Positions 40,151-51,505 of a DNA stretch of 64,000 bases are shown here, one piece after another. The notes below the pieces were generated by a model. That model did not search any database. It saw only the letters and a program-made list of their open reading frames with translations, and was not told the DNA's origin. A program made the position numbers and the translations under genes. Position 1 is the stretch's first letter. Each line of letters opens with the position of its first letter. Source of the stretch: Escherichia phage FL08; sequence record PP400785, one strand, 5' to 3'.

Positions 40151-43100
40151 ATGGCCGAGATTAAAAGAAAGTTCAGAGCAGAAGATGGTCTGGACGCAGG
40201 TGGTGATAAAATAATCAACGTAGCTTTAGCTGATCGTGCCGTAGGAACTGACGGCGTTAACGTTGATTACTTAATTCAAGAAAACACAGTTCAACAATAT
40301 GATCCAACTCGTGGATATTTAAAAGATTTTGTAATCATTTATGATAACCGCTTTTGGGCTGCTATAAATGATATTCCAAAACCAGCAGGAGCTTTTAATA
40401 GCGTACGATGGAGAGCGTTACGTACTGATGCAAACTGGACAACTGTTTCATCAGGACCTTATCAATTAAAGTCAGGCGAATCAATTTCAGTTGATACTAC
40501 AGCTGGTAATGACATTACATTTACTTTACCATCTACCCCAATTGACGGTGATACTATCGTTCTCCAAGATATTGGAGGAAAACCTGGAGTTAACCAAGTT
40601 TTAATTACAGCTCCGGTACAAAGCATTGTAAATTTTAGAGGTCAGCAAGTACGTTCAGTACTAATGACTCATCCAAAATCACAGATAGTTTTAATTTTTA
40701 GTAATCGTCTGTGGCAAATGTATGTCGCTGATTATAGTAGAGAAGCTGTAGTTGTAACGCCTGCGAGTCTCTATCAGGCGCAATCAAACGATTTTATCGT
40801 GCGCAGATTTACTTCAGCCGCGGCGATTAATATTAAACTTCCGAGATTTGCTAATCATGGCGATATTATTAATTTCGTTGATTTGGATAAATTAAATCCT
40901 CTTTATCACACAATTGTTACTACATATGATGAAACAACTTCAGTACAAGAAGTTGGAACTCATTCCATTGAAGGCCGTACATCGATTGACGGTTTCTTGA
41001 TGTTTGATGATAATGAGAAATTGTGGAGATTGTTTGACGGGGATAGTAAAGCACGTTTACGCATTATAACAACTAATTCTAATATTCGTCCAAATGAAGA
41101 AGTCATGGTATTTGGCGCGAATAATGGAACAACCCAGACAATTGAACTTCAGCTTCCGACTAATATTTCTGTTGGTGATACTGTTAAAATTTCCATGAAT
41201 TACATGAGAAAAGGACAAACAGTTAAAATCAAAGCTGCTGATGAAGATAAAATTGCTTCTTCAGTTCAATTGTTGCAATTCCCAAAACGCTCAGAATATC
41301 CGCCTGAAGCTGAATGGGTAACAGTTCAAGAATTAGTTTTTAACGGTGAAACTAATTATGTTCCAGTTTTGGAGCTTGCTTATATAGAAGATTCTGATGG
41401 AAAATACTGGGTTGTACAACAAAACGTTCCAACTGTAGAAAGAGTAGATTCTTTAAATGATTCTACTAGAGCAAGATTAGGCGTAATTGCTTTAGCTACA
41501 CAAGCTCAAGCTAATGCTGATTTAGAAAATTCTCCGCAAAAAGAATTGGCAATTACTCCAGAAACGTTAGCTAATCGTACTGCTACAGAAACTCGTAGAG
41601 GTATCGCAAGAATAGCAACTACTGCTCAAGTTAACCAGGATACTACATTCTCTTTTGCTGATGATATTATCATCACTCCTAAAAAGCTGAATGAAAGAAC
41701 AGCTACTGAAACTCGCAGAGGTGTTGCTGAAATTGCTACGCAGCAAGAAACTAATGCAGGAACCGATGATACTACAATCATCACTCCTAAAAAGCTTCAA
41801 GCTCGTCAAGGTTCTGAATCATTATCTGGTATTGTAACCTTTGTATCTACTGCAGGTGCTACTCCAGCTTCTAGCCGTGAATTAAATGGTACGAATGTTT
41901 ATAATAAAAACACTAATAATTTAGTTGTTTCACCTAAAGCTTTGGATCAGTATAAAGCTACTCCAACGCAACAAGGCGCAGTAATTTTAGCAGTTGAAAG
42001 TGAAGTAATTGCTGGACAAAGCCAAGAAGGATGGGCAAATGCGGTTGTAACGCCAGAAACGTTACATAAAAAGACATCAACTGATGGAAGAATTGGTTTA
42101 ATTGAAATTGCTACGCAAAGTGAAGTTAATACAGGAACTGACTATACTCGTGCAGTCACTCCTAAAACTTTAAATGACCGTAGAGCAACTGAAAGTTTAA
42201 GTGGTATAGCTGAAATTGCTACGCAAGTTGAATTCGACGCAGGCGTCGACGATACTCGTATCTCTACACCATTAAAAATTAAAACCAGATTTAATAGTAC
42301 TGATCGTACTTCTGTTGTTGCTCTATCTGGATTAGTTGAATCAGGAACTCTCTGGGACCATTATACCCTTAATATTCTTGAAGCAAATGAGACACAGCGT
42401 GGTACACTTCGTGTAGCTACACAAGTTGAAGCTGCTGCAGGAACATTAGATAATGTTTTAATAACTCCTAAAAAGCTTTTAGGTACTAAATCTACCGAAT
42501 CGCAAGAAGGTGTTATTAAAGTTGCAACTCAGTCTGAAACTGTGACTGGAACGTCAGCAAATACTGCTGTATCTCCAAAAAATTTAAAATGGATTGTGCA
42601 GAGTGAACCAACTTGGGCAGCAACTACTCTGATAAGAGGGTTTGTTAAAACTTCTTCTGGTTCATTAACGTTTGTTGGTAATGATACGGTAGGTTCAACA
42701 CAGCCATTAGAATCATATGAGAAAAATGGTTATGCAGTATCACCATATGAATTAAATCGCGTATTAGCAAATTATTTGCCATTAAAAGCAAAAGCTGTAG
42801 ATAGTAATTTATTAGATGGTCTAGATTCGCTCCAGTTCATTCGTAGGGACATTGCACAAACAGTTAATGGTTCACTAACCTTAACCCAACAAACGAATCT
42901 GAGTGCCCCTCTTGTATCATCTAGTACTGCTACATTCGGTGGATCAGTTTCAGCAAATAGTACATTAACTATTTCTAATACTGGAACGGCAACTCGTCTG
43001 ATTTTTGAGAAAGGACCTCAAACTGGAACAAACCCAGCTCAAACGATGACAGTCAGAGTGTGGGGAAATCAGTTTAGTGGGGAATCAGACACAACACGTT

Positions 43101-44020
43101 CTACCGTATTTGAAGTTAGTGATGAAACGTCTAGTCATTTTTATTCTCAGCGTAATAAAGCTGGAAATATAACATTTAATATCAACGGTACAGTAACACC
43201 GATAAATGTTAATGCTTCAGGAACATTGAATGCAAATGGTGTAGCAACATTTGGTAATTCAGTCACTGCAACTGGTGAAATTATTTCTCGAAGCGCAAAT
43301 GCTTTCCGTGCTATTAACGGAAATTATGGTTTCATTGTTCGCAATGATGGGTCAGTAACGAATTTTATGCTTACTGCATCGGGTGATCAAACTGGCGGAT
43401 TTAATGGATTGCGTCCTTTAGCTATTAATAATGCATCTGGCCAAGTAACGATTGGTGAAAGCTTAATCATTGCAAAAGGTGCTACTATAAGTTCGGGTGG
43501 TTTGACTGTTAACTCGAGAATTCGTTCTCAGGGTACTAAAACCTCTGATTTATATACCCGTGCGCCAACATCTGATACAGTAGGATTCTGGTCAATCGAT
43601 ATTAATGATTCAGCCACTTATAACCAGTTCCCGGGTTATTTTAAAATGGTTGAAAAAACTAATGAAGTGACTGGACTTCCATACTTAGAACGTGGTGAAG
43701 AAGTTAAATCTCCTGGTACATTGACTCAGTTTGGTAACACACTTGATTCACTTTACCAAGATTGGATTACTTATCCAACGACTCCAGAAGCGCGCACCAC
43801 TCGCTGGACCCGCACATGGCAGAAAACCAAAAACTCTTGGTCAAGTTTTGTTCAGGTATTTGACGGAGGTAACCCTCCTCAGCCATCTGATATCGGTGCT
43901 TTACCATCTGATAATGCTATAATGGGGAATCTTACTATTCGTGATTTCTTACGAATTGGTAATGTTCGCATTATTCCTGACCCAGTGAATAAAACTGTTA
44001 AATTTGAATGGGTTGAATAA
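40151..44020 (+). CDS. 34: Long tail fiber proximal subunit gp34
   Basis: 1289 aa (T4 gp34 length); late promoter TATAAATA at 40109-40116; internal tandem ~40-aa repeats. Confidence 0.95.
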   Translation: MAEIKRKFRAEDGLDAGGDKIINVALADRAVGTDGVNVDYLIQENTVQQYDPTRGYLKDFVIIYDNRFWAAINDIPKPAGAFNSVRWRALRTDANWTTVSSGPYQLKSGESISVDTTAGNDITFTLPSTPIDGDTIVLQDIGGKPGVNQVLITAPVQSIVNFRGQQVRSVLMTHPKSQIVLIFSNRLWQMYVADYSREAVVVTPASLYQAQSNDFIVRRFTSAAAINIKLPRFANHGDIINFVDLDKLNPLYHTIVTTYDETTSVQEVGTHSIEGRTSIDGFLMFDDNEKLWRLFDGDSKARLRIITTNSNIRPNEEVMVFGANNGTTQTIELQLPTNISVGDTVKISMNYMRKGQTVKIKAADEDKIASSVQLLQFPKRSEYPPEAEWVTVQELVFNGETNYVPVLELAYIEDSDGKYWVVQQNVPTVERVDSLNDSTRARLGVIALATQAQANADLENSPQKELAITPETLANRTATETRRGIARIATTAQVNQDTTFSFADDIIITPKKLNERTATETRRGVAEIATQQETNAGTDDTTIITPKKLQARQGSESLSGIVTFVSTAGATPASSRELNGTNVYNKNTNNLVVSPKALDQYKATPTQQGAVILAVESEVIAGQSQEGWANAVVTPETLHKKTSTDGRIGLIEIATQSEVNTGTDYTRAVTPKTLNDRRATESLSGIAEIATQVEFDAGVDDTRISTPLKIKTRFNSTDRTSVVALSGLVESGTLWDHYTLNILEANETQRGTLRVATQVEAAAGTLDNVLITPKKLLGTKSTESQEGVIKVATQSETVTGTSANTAVSPKNLKWIVQSEPTWAATTLIRGFVKTSSGSLTFVGNDTVGSTQPLESYEKNGYAVSPYELNRVLANYLPLKAKAVDSNLLDGLDSLQFIRRDIAQTVNGSLTLTQQTNLSAPLVSSSTATFGGSVSANSTLTISNTGTATRLIFEKGPQTGTNPAQTMTVRVWGNQFSGESDTTRSTVFEVSDETSSHFYSQRNKAGNITFNINGTVTPINVNASGTLNANGVATFGNSVTATGEIISRSANAFRAINGNYGFIVRNDGSVTNFMLTASGDQTGGFNGLRPLAINNASGQVTIGESLIIAKGATISSGGLTVNSRIRSQGTKTSDLYTRAPTSDTVGFWSIDINDSATYNQFPGYFKMVEKTNEVTGLPYLERGEEVKSPGTLTQFGNTLDSLYQDWITYPTTPEARTTRWTRTWQKTKNSWSSFVQVFDGGNPPQPSDIGALPSDNAIMGNLTIRDFLRIGNVRIIPDPVNKTVKFEWVE
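41440..42600 (+). repeat. Tandem degenerate ~40-aa coding repeats within gene 34
   Basis: Recurring peptide units such as TETRRGIARIATTAQVN, TETRRGVAEIATQQETNAGTDDTTIITPKKL, TESLSGIAEIATQVEFDAGVDDTRISTPLK, TESQEGVIKVATQSETVTGTSANTAVSPKNL. Confidence 0.7.
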
Positions 44021-44028
44021 GAGGTATT

Positions 44029-45147
44029 ATGGAAAAATTTATGGCAGAGTTTGGACAAGGATATGTCCAAACGCCATTTTTATCGGAAAGTAATTCAGTA
44101 AGATACAAAATAAGTATAGCGGGTTCTTGCCCGCTTTCTACTGCAGAAGGACCATATGTTAAATTTCAGGATAATCCTATCGGAAGTCAAACATTTAGTG
44201 CAGGTCTTCATTTAAGAGTTTTTGACCCTTCTACAGGAGCATTAGTTGATAGTAAGTCATATGCTTTTTCTGCTTCAAATAATACTACATCAGCTGCTTT
44301 TGTCAGTTTCATGAATTCTTTGTCAAACAATAGACTTGTTGCTATATTAACTAGCGGAAAGGTTAATTTTCCTCCTGAGGTAGTGTCTTGGCTAAGAGCC
44401 GCGGGAACGTCTGCCTTTCCATCTGATTCTATATTGTCAAGATTTGACGTATCATATGCTGCTTTTTATACTTCTTCTAAAAGAGCTATTGCATTAGAGC
44501 ATGTTAAACTAAGTAATAGAAAAAGCACAGATGATTATCAAACTATTTTAGATGTTGTATTTGACAGTTTAGAAGACGTCGGAGCTACGGGATTTCCTAA
44601 AAGAACGTATGAAAGCGTTGAGCAATTTATGTCAGCGGTTGGTGGAACTAATAACGAAATTGCACGTTTACCAACTTCATCCGCGATAAGTAAACTCTCT
44701 GATTATAATTTAATTCCTGGCGATGTTCTTTATCTTAAAGCACAGCTATATGCTGATGCCGATTTACTTGCGCTTGGAACTACAAATATATCTATCCGTT
44801 TTTATGATGAATCGAATGGATATATTTCTTCAACACATGCTGAGTTTACTGGTCAAGCTGGGTCATGGGAATTAAAGGAAGACTATGTAGTTGTTCCTGA
44901 AAATGCGGTAGGATTTACGATATATGCACAAAGAACTGCCCAAGCAGGTCAAGGAGGCATGAGGAATTTAAGTTTTTCTGAAGTATCAAGAAATGGCGGA
45001 ATTTCAAAACCTGCTGAATTTGGCGTCAATGGTATTCGCGTTAATTATATCTGCGAATCTGCTTCACCTCCAGATATAATGGTACTTCCTACACAAGCAT
45101 CGTCTAAAACTGGTAAAGTGTTTGGACAAGAATTTAGAGAAGTTTAA
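44029..45147 (+). CDS. 35: Long tail fiber hinge connector gp35
   Basis: 372 aa; synteny 34-35-36-37. Confidence 0.9.
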   Translation: MEKFMAEFGQGYVQTPFLSESNSVRYKISIAGSCPLSTAEGPYVKFQDNPIGSQTFSAGLHLRVFDPSTGALVDSKSYAFSASNNTTSAAFVSFMNSLSNNRLVAILTSGKVNFPPEVVSWLRAAGTSAFPSDSILSRFDVSYAAFYTSSKRAIALEHVKLSNRKSTDDYQTILDVVFDSLEDVGATGFPKRTYESVEQFMSAVGGTNNEIARLPTSSAISKLSDYNLIPGDVLYLKAQLYADADLLALGTTNISIRFYDESNGYISSTHAEFTGQAGSWELKEDYVVVPENAVGFTIYAQRTAQAGQGGMRNLSFSEVSRNGGISKPAEFGVNGIRVNYICESASPPDIMVLPTQASSKTGKVFGQEFREV

Positions 45148-45152
45148 ATTGA

Positions 45153-45178
45153 GGGAGCCTTCGGGTTCCCTTTTTCTT
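45153..45178 (+). terminator. Intrinsic terminator after gene 35
   Basis: GGGAGCC-TTCG-GGTTCCC followed by TTTTTCTTT. Confidence 0.75.
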
Positions 45179-45186
45179 TATAAATA
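45179..45186 (+). promoter_or_regulatory. Late promoter TATAAATA upstream of gene 36
   Basis: Exact TATAAATA immediately after terminator, 24 nt upstream of gene 36 ATG. Confidence 0.7.
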
Positions 45187-45209
45187 CTATTAAAATAAAG
45201 GGGCATACA

Positions 45210-45866
45210 ATGGCTGATTTAAAAGTAGGTTCAACAACTGGAGGCTCTGTCATTTGGCATCAAGGAAATTTTCCATTGAATCCAGCCGGTGACGATGTAC
45301 TCTATAAATCATTTAAAATATATTCAGAATACAATAAACCACAAGCTGCAGATAACGATTTCGTTTCTAAAGCTAATGGTGGTACTTATTTAAATAAAGT
45401 AATTTTTAATAAAGGAATGACTGTTCCTGGCGCAGGGTCAGGCGATAATGGTATTTTTGCTGGTCCTGGTGATAGTGCCACGTATGATACTACAAATATG
45501 GATATTGTTTCGTGGTATGGTATTGGTTTTAAATCATCACAAGGAACAGCAGGTAGAACTGTAGTAATTAACACACGAAATGGAGATATTAGCTCAAAGG
45601 GCGTAATTGAAGCATCACAAATCCGTGTAACTTCGTTATCACCAGTAAATAATTATGACCTTACGCGGAAAGATTATGTTGATGGAGCAATAAATATTGT
45701 TACAGCAAACGCAAACTCTAGGGTATTACGCTCTGGAGACACTATGACAGGAAATTTAACTGCGCCAAACCTTTTTTCACAGAATCCTGCATCTCAACCC
45801 TCACATGTTCCACGATTTGACCAAATTGTTATTAAGGATTCTGTTCAAGATTTCGGCTATTATTAA
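45210..45866 (+). CDS. 36: Long tail fiber distal connector gp36
   Basis: 218 aa; preceded by terminator plus late promoter TATAAATA. Confidence 0.9.
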   Translation: MADLKVGSTTGGSVIWHQGNFPLNPAGDDVLYKSFKIYSEYNKPQAADNDFVSKANGGTYLNKVIFNKGMTVPGAGSGDNGIFAGPGDSATYDTTNMDIVSWYGIGFKSSQGTAGRTVVINTRNGDISSKGVIEASQIRVTSLSPVNNYDLTRKDYVDGAINIVTANANSRVLRSGDTMTGNLTAPNLFSQNPASQPSHVPRFDQIVIKDSVQDFGYY

Positions 45867-45874
45867 GAGGACTT

Positions 45875-48800
45875 ATGGCTACTTTAAAACAAATACAATT
45901 TAAAAGAAGCAAAACTGCAGGAGCACGTCCTGCCGCTTCAGTATTAGCCGAAGGTGAATTGGCTATAAACTTAAAAGACCGTGTACTTTTTACTAAAGAT
46001 GACCAAGGAAATATTATTGATCTGGGATTTGCTAAAGGCGGTAGTATTGACGGGAATGTTATTCATACAGGCAATTATAACCAAACTGGCGATTATACTT
46101 TAAATGGCGTCTTCACTCAGACTGGTAATTTTAATTTAACCGGTACTGCTCGAGTAACTCGTGATATTATTGCCGCTGGGCAGATTATGACTGAAGGCGG
46201 TGAACTTATTACAAAAAGTTCAGGTACAGCACATGTTCGTTTTTTCGATGGCAATAGTCGCGAACGTGGAATCATTTATGCCCCGGCTAATGATGGTTTA
46301 ACTACACAAGTACTTAATATCAGGGTTCAAGACTACGCCGCTGGTGATGAAAATACCTACGCGTTTTCAGGTACTGGTCTTTTCACAGCTCCAGAAGTTT
46401 CTGCGTGGAAATCTATTTCGTCTCCACAAATTCTGACCGACAAAGTTATTACAAACGGGAAGAAGGCAGAAGATTATGATATCTATTCATTGGCAAATAA
46501 CACCCCATTATCTGAAAGCACTACTGCTATTAATCATCTTCGTGTCATGCGTAATGCAGTCGGTTCTGGTATTTTCCATGAAGTTAAAGACAATGATGGG
46601 ATAACTTGGTATGCAGGTGATGGACTTGACGCCTATCTTTGGTCGTTTACTTGGTCAGGTGGATTGAAAGCGGGACATTCTATTTCTGTAGGCACCCCAG
46701 GCGGCCCCAAAGGATACTCTGAATTAGGGACTGCTTCAATTTCTCTTGGCGATAATGATACCGGATTAAAATGGTATCAAGATGGTTATTTCTATGTAGT
46801 AAACAATGGTACGAGAACTTTCCTTTATAGTCCTGAATCAACCGTAAGCCTTAGAAAATTTGTAGCTGGATATTCTACTAACGGAACCGATTTAACTACT
46901 CCTCCAACTGAAAACTATGCTCTCGCTACTGTCGTGACATATCACGATAATAACGCGTTTGGAGATGGTCAGACTCTTTTAGGATATTACCAAGGCGGTA
47001 ATTATCATCACTATTTCCGTGGTAAAGGTACTACAAACATTAATACTCACGGCGGTTTGTTAGTTACTCCTGGTAATATTGACGTTATTGGTGGTTCTGT
47101 TAATATCGATGGTAGAAATAATAATTCAACTTTAATGTTTAAAGGCTATACCATGGGTCAAAGCTCCGTTGATAACATGTATATAGCTGTTTGGGGAAAT
47201 ACTTTTACTAATCCAAGTGAAGGTACCCGTAAAAATGTCATGGAAATTTCTGATGATATTGGATGGATGCATTATATTCAACGAACAACTGCAGGTAAAG
47301 TCGAATCGGTTCTAAACGGCACCCAGATTGTTAATGAAAACTTGACCGTAGTAAAAAATGCTACATTTGGTGGTACAATCAGCGCAGCAGGTGAAATTTC
47401 ATCTGGGGCTGTGAATGCGCTTCGTATTTGGAACGCAGATTATGGAGCTATTTTTAGACGTTCAGAAGGTAGTCTTCATATTATTCCAACTGCTTATGGT
47501 GAAGGTAAACATGGTGATATCGGCCCACTTCGCCCGTTTAGTATGGCTTTAGATACTGGTAAAGTTACTATTCCAGATTTACAATCAAGTTACAATACGT
47601 TCGCAGCAAACGGCTATATTAAATTTACTGGTCACGGTGCGGGCGCTGGCGGTTATGATATTCAATATGTTCAAGCGGCTCCTATTTTCCAGGAAATCGA
47701 TGATGATGCTGTAAGCAAATATTATCCTATTGTTAAACAGAAGTTTTTAAATGGTAAAGCCGTTTGGTCTTTAGGTACTGAAATTAATTCAGGTACATTC
47801 GTTATTCATCATCTGAAAGAAGATGGTTCACAAGGCCATACGTCTCGTTTTAATCAAGACGGTACTGTTAACTTCCCAGATAACGTTGCTGTCGGCGGCG
47901 GTGAAGCTACTATTGCTCGTAATGGTAACATCTGGTCTGATATCTGGAAAACGTTTACTTCAGCAGGCGACGTAACTAATATTCGCGATGCTATTGCTAC
48001 TCGCGTTGCCAAAGAAGGCGACACGATGACCGGGCGCTTAACTCTTAATGCAAACTCTGATGCCATCGTTATTAACAGCACCGCAACCGAATCTGGCTAT
48101 TTGAAAGGACAAAAAGCCGGCGTTGATAACTGGTATGTAGGTAATGGTGGGACTGATAATGCTATATCGTTTTATAGTTTCCGAACTAATTCAGGCATAT
48201 ATGTTAATAATGGTGGTGATATTGCTTTAAACCCGGAAGGGTCTGCCACTTTTAATTTTAATAGGGATCGAATTTATATAAATGGGTCAGTCTGGGCCGC
48301 ACACCAGGCTGGCGATTGGGGAAATCAATGGCGCCAGGAAGCTCCTGTATTTGTGGATTTTGGTAATGTCGGTAATGATAGTTATTATCCTATTATTAAA
48401 GGAAAATCTGGTATTACTAATGAAGGTTATATATCTGGTGTAGATTTTGGTATGCGCCGTATCACTAATACATGGGCACAAGGTATTATTCGTGTAGGCA
48501 ACCAGGAAGGCGATTCTGACCCACAAGCGATCTATGAATTCCACCACAATGGAGTTCTGTATGCTCCTAATATGGTTAAAACTGGGGCAAGACTATCAGC
48601 TGGCGGTGGTGACCCGGTGTGGACTGGACCATGTCTTGTTATTGGTGATAATGATACCGGATTAGTTCATGGTGGTGATGGGCGAATTAACATGGTTGCA
48701 AATGGAGTGCATATTGCTTCGTGGTCAGCTGCTTATCAGATCCATGAAGGTCTTTGGGATTCAACTGGTGCTTTATGGACTGAAACAGGAAGAGCTATTA

Positions 48801-49204
48801 TTTCTTATGGGCATTTAGTCCAACAAAGTGATGCCTATTCCACATATGTCCGCGATGTTTATGTTCGTTCTGATATTCGTGTTAAAAAAGACCTTGTTAA
48901 ATTTGAAAATGCTTCTGAGAAGCTTTCTAAAATTAACGGTTACACTTATATGCAGAAACGTGGAACAGATGAAGAAGGTAATCAGAAATGGGAACCTAAC
49001 GCTGGTTTGATAGCTCAAGAAGTTCAAGCTATTTTACCAGAATTAGTTGAAGGTGACCCGGATGGTGAAGCTTTACTTCGTTTGAACTATAACGGTGTAA
49101 TTGGTTTAAATACAGCTGCAATCAATGAGCATACTGCAGAAATTGCGGAACTTAAATCAGAAATTGAAGAACTTAAAGCATTAGTTAAATCATTGTTAAA
49201 ATAA
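45875..49204 (+). CDS. 37: Long tail fiber distal subunit gp37 with C-terminal intramolecular chaperone (peptidase S74-like) domain
   Basis: 1109 aa; last ~111 aa (from [10 protein letters not shown], nt 48869) resemble the self-cleaving intramolecular chaperone domain of phage fibers/endosialidases; T2-type architecture. Confidence 0.9.
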   Translation: MATLKQIQFKRSKTAGARPAASVLAEGELAINLKDRVLFTKDDQGNIIDLGFAKGGSIDGNVIHTGNYNQTGDYTLNGVFTQTGNFNLTGTARVTRDIIAAGQIMTEGGELITKSSGTAHVRFFDGNSRERGIIYAPANDGLTTQVLNIRVQDYAAGDENTYAFSGTGLFTAPEVSAWKSISSPQILTDKVITNGKKAEDYDIYSLANNTPLSESTTAINHLRVMRNAVGSGIFHEVKDNDGITWYAGDGLDAYLWSFTWSGGLKAGHSISVGTPGGPKGYSELGTASISLGDNDTGLKWYQDGYFYVVNNGTRTFLYSPESTVSLRKFVAGYSTNGTDLTTPPTENYALATVVTYHDNNAFGDGQTLLGYYQGGNYHHYFRGKGTTNINTHGGLLVTPGNIDVIGGSVNIDGRNNNSTLMFKGYTMGQSSVDNMYIAVWGNTFTNPSEGTRKNVMEISDDIGWMHYIQRTTAGKVESVLNGTQIVNENLTVVKNATFGGTISAAGEISSGAVNALRIWNADYGAIFRRSEGSLHIIPTAYGEGKHGDIGPLRPFSMALDTGKVTIPDLQSSYNTFAANGYIKFTGHGAGAGGYDIQYVQAAPIFQEIDDDAVSKYYPIVKQKFLNGKAVWSLGTEINSGTFVIHHLKEDGSQGHTSRFNQDGTVNFPDNVAVGGGEATIARNGNIWSDIWKTFTSAGDVTNIRDAIATRVAKEGDTMTGRLTLNANSDAIVINSTATESGYLKGQKAGVDNWYVGNGGTDNAISFYSFRTNSGIYVNNGGDIALNPEGSATFNFNRDRIYINGSVWAAHQAGDWGNQWRQEAPVFVDFGNVGNDSYYPIIKGKSGITNEGYISGVDFGMRRITNTWAQGIIRVGNQEGDSDPQAIYEFHHNGVLYAPNMVKTGARLSAGGGDPVWTGPCLVIGDNDTGLVHGGDGRINMVANGVHIASWSAAYQIHEGLWDSTGALWTETGRAIISYGHLVQQSDAYSTYVRDVYVRSDIRVKKDLVKFENASEKLSKINGYTYMQKRGTDEEGNQKWEPNAGLIAQEVQAILPELVEGDPDGEALLRLNYNGVIGLNTAAINEHTAEIAELKSEIEELKALVKSLLK

Positions 49205-49207
49205 TAA

Positions 49208-49226
49208 GAGGGGCTTCGGCCCCTTG
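49208..49226 (+). other. GC hairpin with UUCG-type loop between genes 37 and 38 (no T-run)
   Basis: GAGGGGCTTCGGCCCCTT immediately upstream of gene 38 SD; likely RNA stability/processing structure rather than terminator. Confidence 0.45.
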
Positions 49227-49235
49227 GAGGTTTAT

Positions 49236-50027
49236 ATGGCAGTAACAGGACCGTGGGTAGGATCGTCTGCAGTAGTTAATACAGGACAAAATTGGATGGG
49301 TGGTGCCGCGCAGAGATTGAGAATGGGAATTCCGTTTTGGATGAGTAATATGATAGGTCGATCTGTTGAAATAATTCACACGCTTGGAGCAGACCATAAC
49401 TTCAATGGTCAATGGTTCCGAGATAGATGTTTTGAGGCAGGTAGTGCACCTATAGTGTTTAATATTACTGGAGATTTAGTATCATATTCTAGAGATGTTC
49501 CTTTATTCTTCATGTACGGAGATACACCAAATGAATATGTTCAGTTAAATATTATTGGCGCTCATATGTGGGGTAGAGGTGGACAAGGTGGATGGACTCA
49601 TTCCGGTGGAGATGGTAATGGACAACAAGGCGGGCATTGTATTCAAAACGACATTGGTGGACGATTAAGAATTAACAATGGTGGAGTAATCTGTGGTGGC
49701 GGAGGCGGTGGTGGCGGCATTGCTTACCGTGTTCACTCAGGGGCAAACTGGAAAGATATTGGTGGTGGCGGCGGAAGACCATTTGGCCCAGGTGGTGGCG
49801 GTGGTTACTCAGGTGGCGCAGCTTCATACGTCGCCCCAGGAGGTGGTTACCAATACGGAAATGCTCACTCTGGCCAGGGCGGCGATGCCGGAGGAAATGG
49901 ACAAAATGCCTGGTCTGATGGTGGTAAAGTTCTAAAGGTTGGTGCAGGAGGAGCAGCAGGTTATGCTGTCATAGGATCTGCTCCAACTTGGCAAAATGTT
50001 GGAGTAATATATGGTCCAAGAGTATAA
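49236..50027 (+). CDS. 38: Tail fiber adhesin gp38 (T2-type, glycine-rich motifs)
   Basis: 263 aa from ATG with GGAGG SD (track starts at upstream TTG); multiple poly-Gly motifs [23 protein letters not shown] separating variable segments. Confidence 0.88.
   Translation: MAVTGPWVGSSAVVNTGQNWMGGAAQRLRMGIPFWMSNMIGRSVEIIHTLGADHNFNGQWFRDRCFEAGSAPIVFNITGDLVSYSRDVPLFFMYGDTPNEYVQLNIIGAHMWGRGGQGGWTHSGGDGNGQQGGHCIQNDIGGRLRINNGGVICGGGGGGGGIAYRVHSGANWKDIGGGGGRPFGPGGGGGYSGGAASYVAPGGGYQYGNAHSGQGGDAGGNGQNAWSDGGKVLKVGAGGAAGYAVIGSAPTWQNVGVIYGPRV
49680..49830 (+). repeat. GGN-rich low-complexity tract encoding poly-glycine motifs of gp38
   Basis: ggtggcggaggcggtggtggcggc and ggtggtggcggcgg runs. Confidence 0.7.
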
Positions 50028-50058
50028 TTTTGAATAAATACCCCTAAAAGGAGGGTCT

Positions 50059-50715
50059 ATGGCAGCACCTAGAATATCATTTTCGCCCTCTGATATTCTA
50101 TTTGGTGTTCTAGATCGCTTGTTCAAAGATAACGCTACCGGGAAAGTTCTTGCTTCCCGGGTAGCTGTCGTAATTCTTTTGTTTATGATGGCGATTGTTT
50201 GGTATAGGGGAGATAGTTTCTTTGAGTACTATAAGCAATCAAAGTATGAAACATACAGTGAAATTATTGAAAAGGAAAGAAATGCACGCTTTGAATCTGT
50301 CGCCCTGGAACAACTCCAGATAGTTCACATATCATCTGAGGCAGACTTTAGTGCGGTGTATTCTTTCCGCCCTAAAAACTTAAACTATTTTGTTGATATT
50401 ATAGCATATGAAGGAAAATTACCTTCAACAATAAGTGAAAAATCACTTGGAGGATATCCTGTTGATAAAACTATGGATGAATATACAGTTCATTTAAATG
50501 GACGTCATTATTATTCCGACTCAAAATTTGCTTTTTTACCAACTAAAAAGCCTACTCCCGAAATAAACTACATGTACAGTTGTCCATATTTTAATTTGGA
50601 TAATATCTATGCTGGAACGATAACCATGTACTGGTATAGAAATGATCATATAAGTAATGACCGCCTTGAATCAATATGTGCTCAGGCGGCCAGAATATTA
50701 GGAAGGGCTAAATAA
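50059..50715 (+). CDS. t: Holin T
   Basis: 218 aa; single N-terminal TM segment (VAVVILLFMMAIVWY) with large periplasmic domain; T4 holin length. Confidence 0.92.
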   Translation: MAAPRISFSPSDILFGVLDRLFKDNATGKVLASRVAVVILLFMMAIVWYRGDSFFEYYKQSKYETYSEIIEKERNARFESVALEQLQIVHISSEADFSAVYSFRPKNLNYFVDIIAYEGKLPSTISEKSLGGYPVDKTMDEYTVHLNGRHYYSDSKFAFLPTKKPTPEINYMYSCPYFNLDNIYAGTITMYWYRNDHISNDRLESICAQAARILGRAK

Positions 50716-50988
50716 TTATTTGTTCGTATACATTTCTAGATATCGATATACACCCTCAAAACCCTCGTTGAATTCATCGATGAGGGTTTTCTTATCTTCT
50801 TGAGTTAATTCAGAAACAATTTTACGAAATGAATTCTGATTTAACTTTCTACCTTCATGCGTTACTCCAATCTCATTAAGAAATGCAATAAAATTAGCAC
50901 GATTCTCAACAATATCTTCTCTGGAAAATTTAATCAAAATAGATGCAACAGTAATAATTTCACGAACTGTATCAATGTTTTTATTCAT
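50716..50988 (-). CDS. asiA: Anti-sigma70 factor AsiA
   Basis: 90 aa; MNKNIDTVREIITVASILIKF matches T4 AsiA. Confidence 0.92.
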   Translation of the reverse strand: MNKNIDTVREIITVASILIKFSREDIVENRANFIAFLNEIGVTHEGRKLNQNSFRKIVSELTQEDKKTLIDEFNEGFEGVYRYLEMYTNK

Positions 50989-51000
50989 TAACTATACCAC

Positions 51001-51153
51001 TCAATTAGTTGACTTTGTTATAATATCATCAGACGCTTGATTTGTAAACTGGTCTGTGTTATTTTCTTCAAAAATTTTTTCTACGAATTCCTTGAACGAC
51101 TCGCGTTCCTGAGCTACATTATGCTCGATTACCTTTTCAAGATTATGACTCAT
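51001..51153 (-). CDS. Small acidic hypothetical protein
   Basis: 50 aa ORF not in track; ATGA overlap with arn stop codon. Confidence 0.45.
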   Translation of the reverse strand: MSHNLEKVIEHNVAQERESFKEFVEKIFEENNTDQFTNQASDDIITKSTN

Positions 51154-51428
51154 TCGAAATAATCTTCAATTTCGTAATCATGGACATAAATCATTATAGT
51201 TTTTAATACATCATCAATACTTTTTCCTGGAGCTGGAATTACGTAAAAATATCCTGCTTTTGAGAGGTCTTTATAAGTTCCAATCAAGAAATCATTATTC
51301 TCAAGATGTAACTCTTCAACTAATTCATTGACAATTGAATGGTATAGGTTTGGTAGAAACTTATATAGCTTTTCTAGAATATCAATTTTGATTGTGTATT
51401 GAACCACGGACTGAGAATCAATAATCAT
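51150..51428 (-). CDS. arn: Arn anti-restriction protein (McrBC inhibitor, DNA mimic)
   Basis: 92 aa; acidic; sequence MIIDSQSVVQYTIKIDILEKL matches T4 Arn. Confidence 0.88.
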   Translation of the reverse strand: MIIDSQSVVQYTIKIDILEKLYKFLPNLYHSIVNELVEELHLENNDFLIGTYKDLSKAGYFYVIPAPGKSIDDVLKTIMIYVHDYEIEDYFE

Positions 51429-51505
51429 AGACCTTCCCCTTATGTTTCTGTTTGCGATTAGATTCTTTAAACGCTTTCTTCTTATCCTTATGGACAGAAG
51501 CTTTA

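Noticed and set aside
49693-49935. 80-aa alternate-frame ORF within gene 38
   Set aside because: Generated by the GGN-repeat region read in another frame; gene 38 frame is supported by SD and adhesin motifs.
50028-50058. Possible late promoter AATAAATA upstream of holin gene t
   Set aside because: One mismatch to TATAAATA at the first position; too uncertain to list as a feature.
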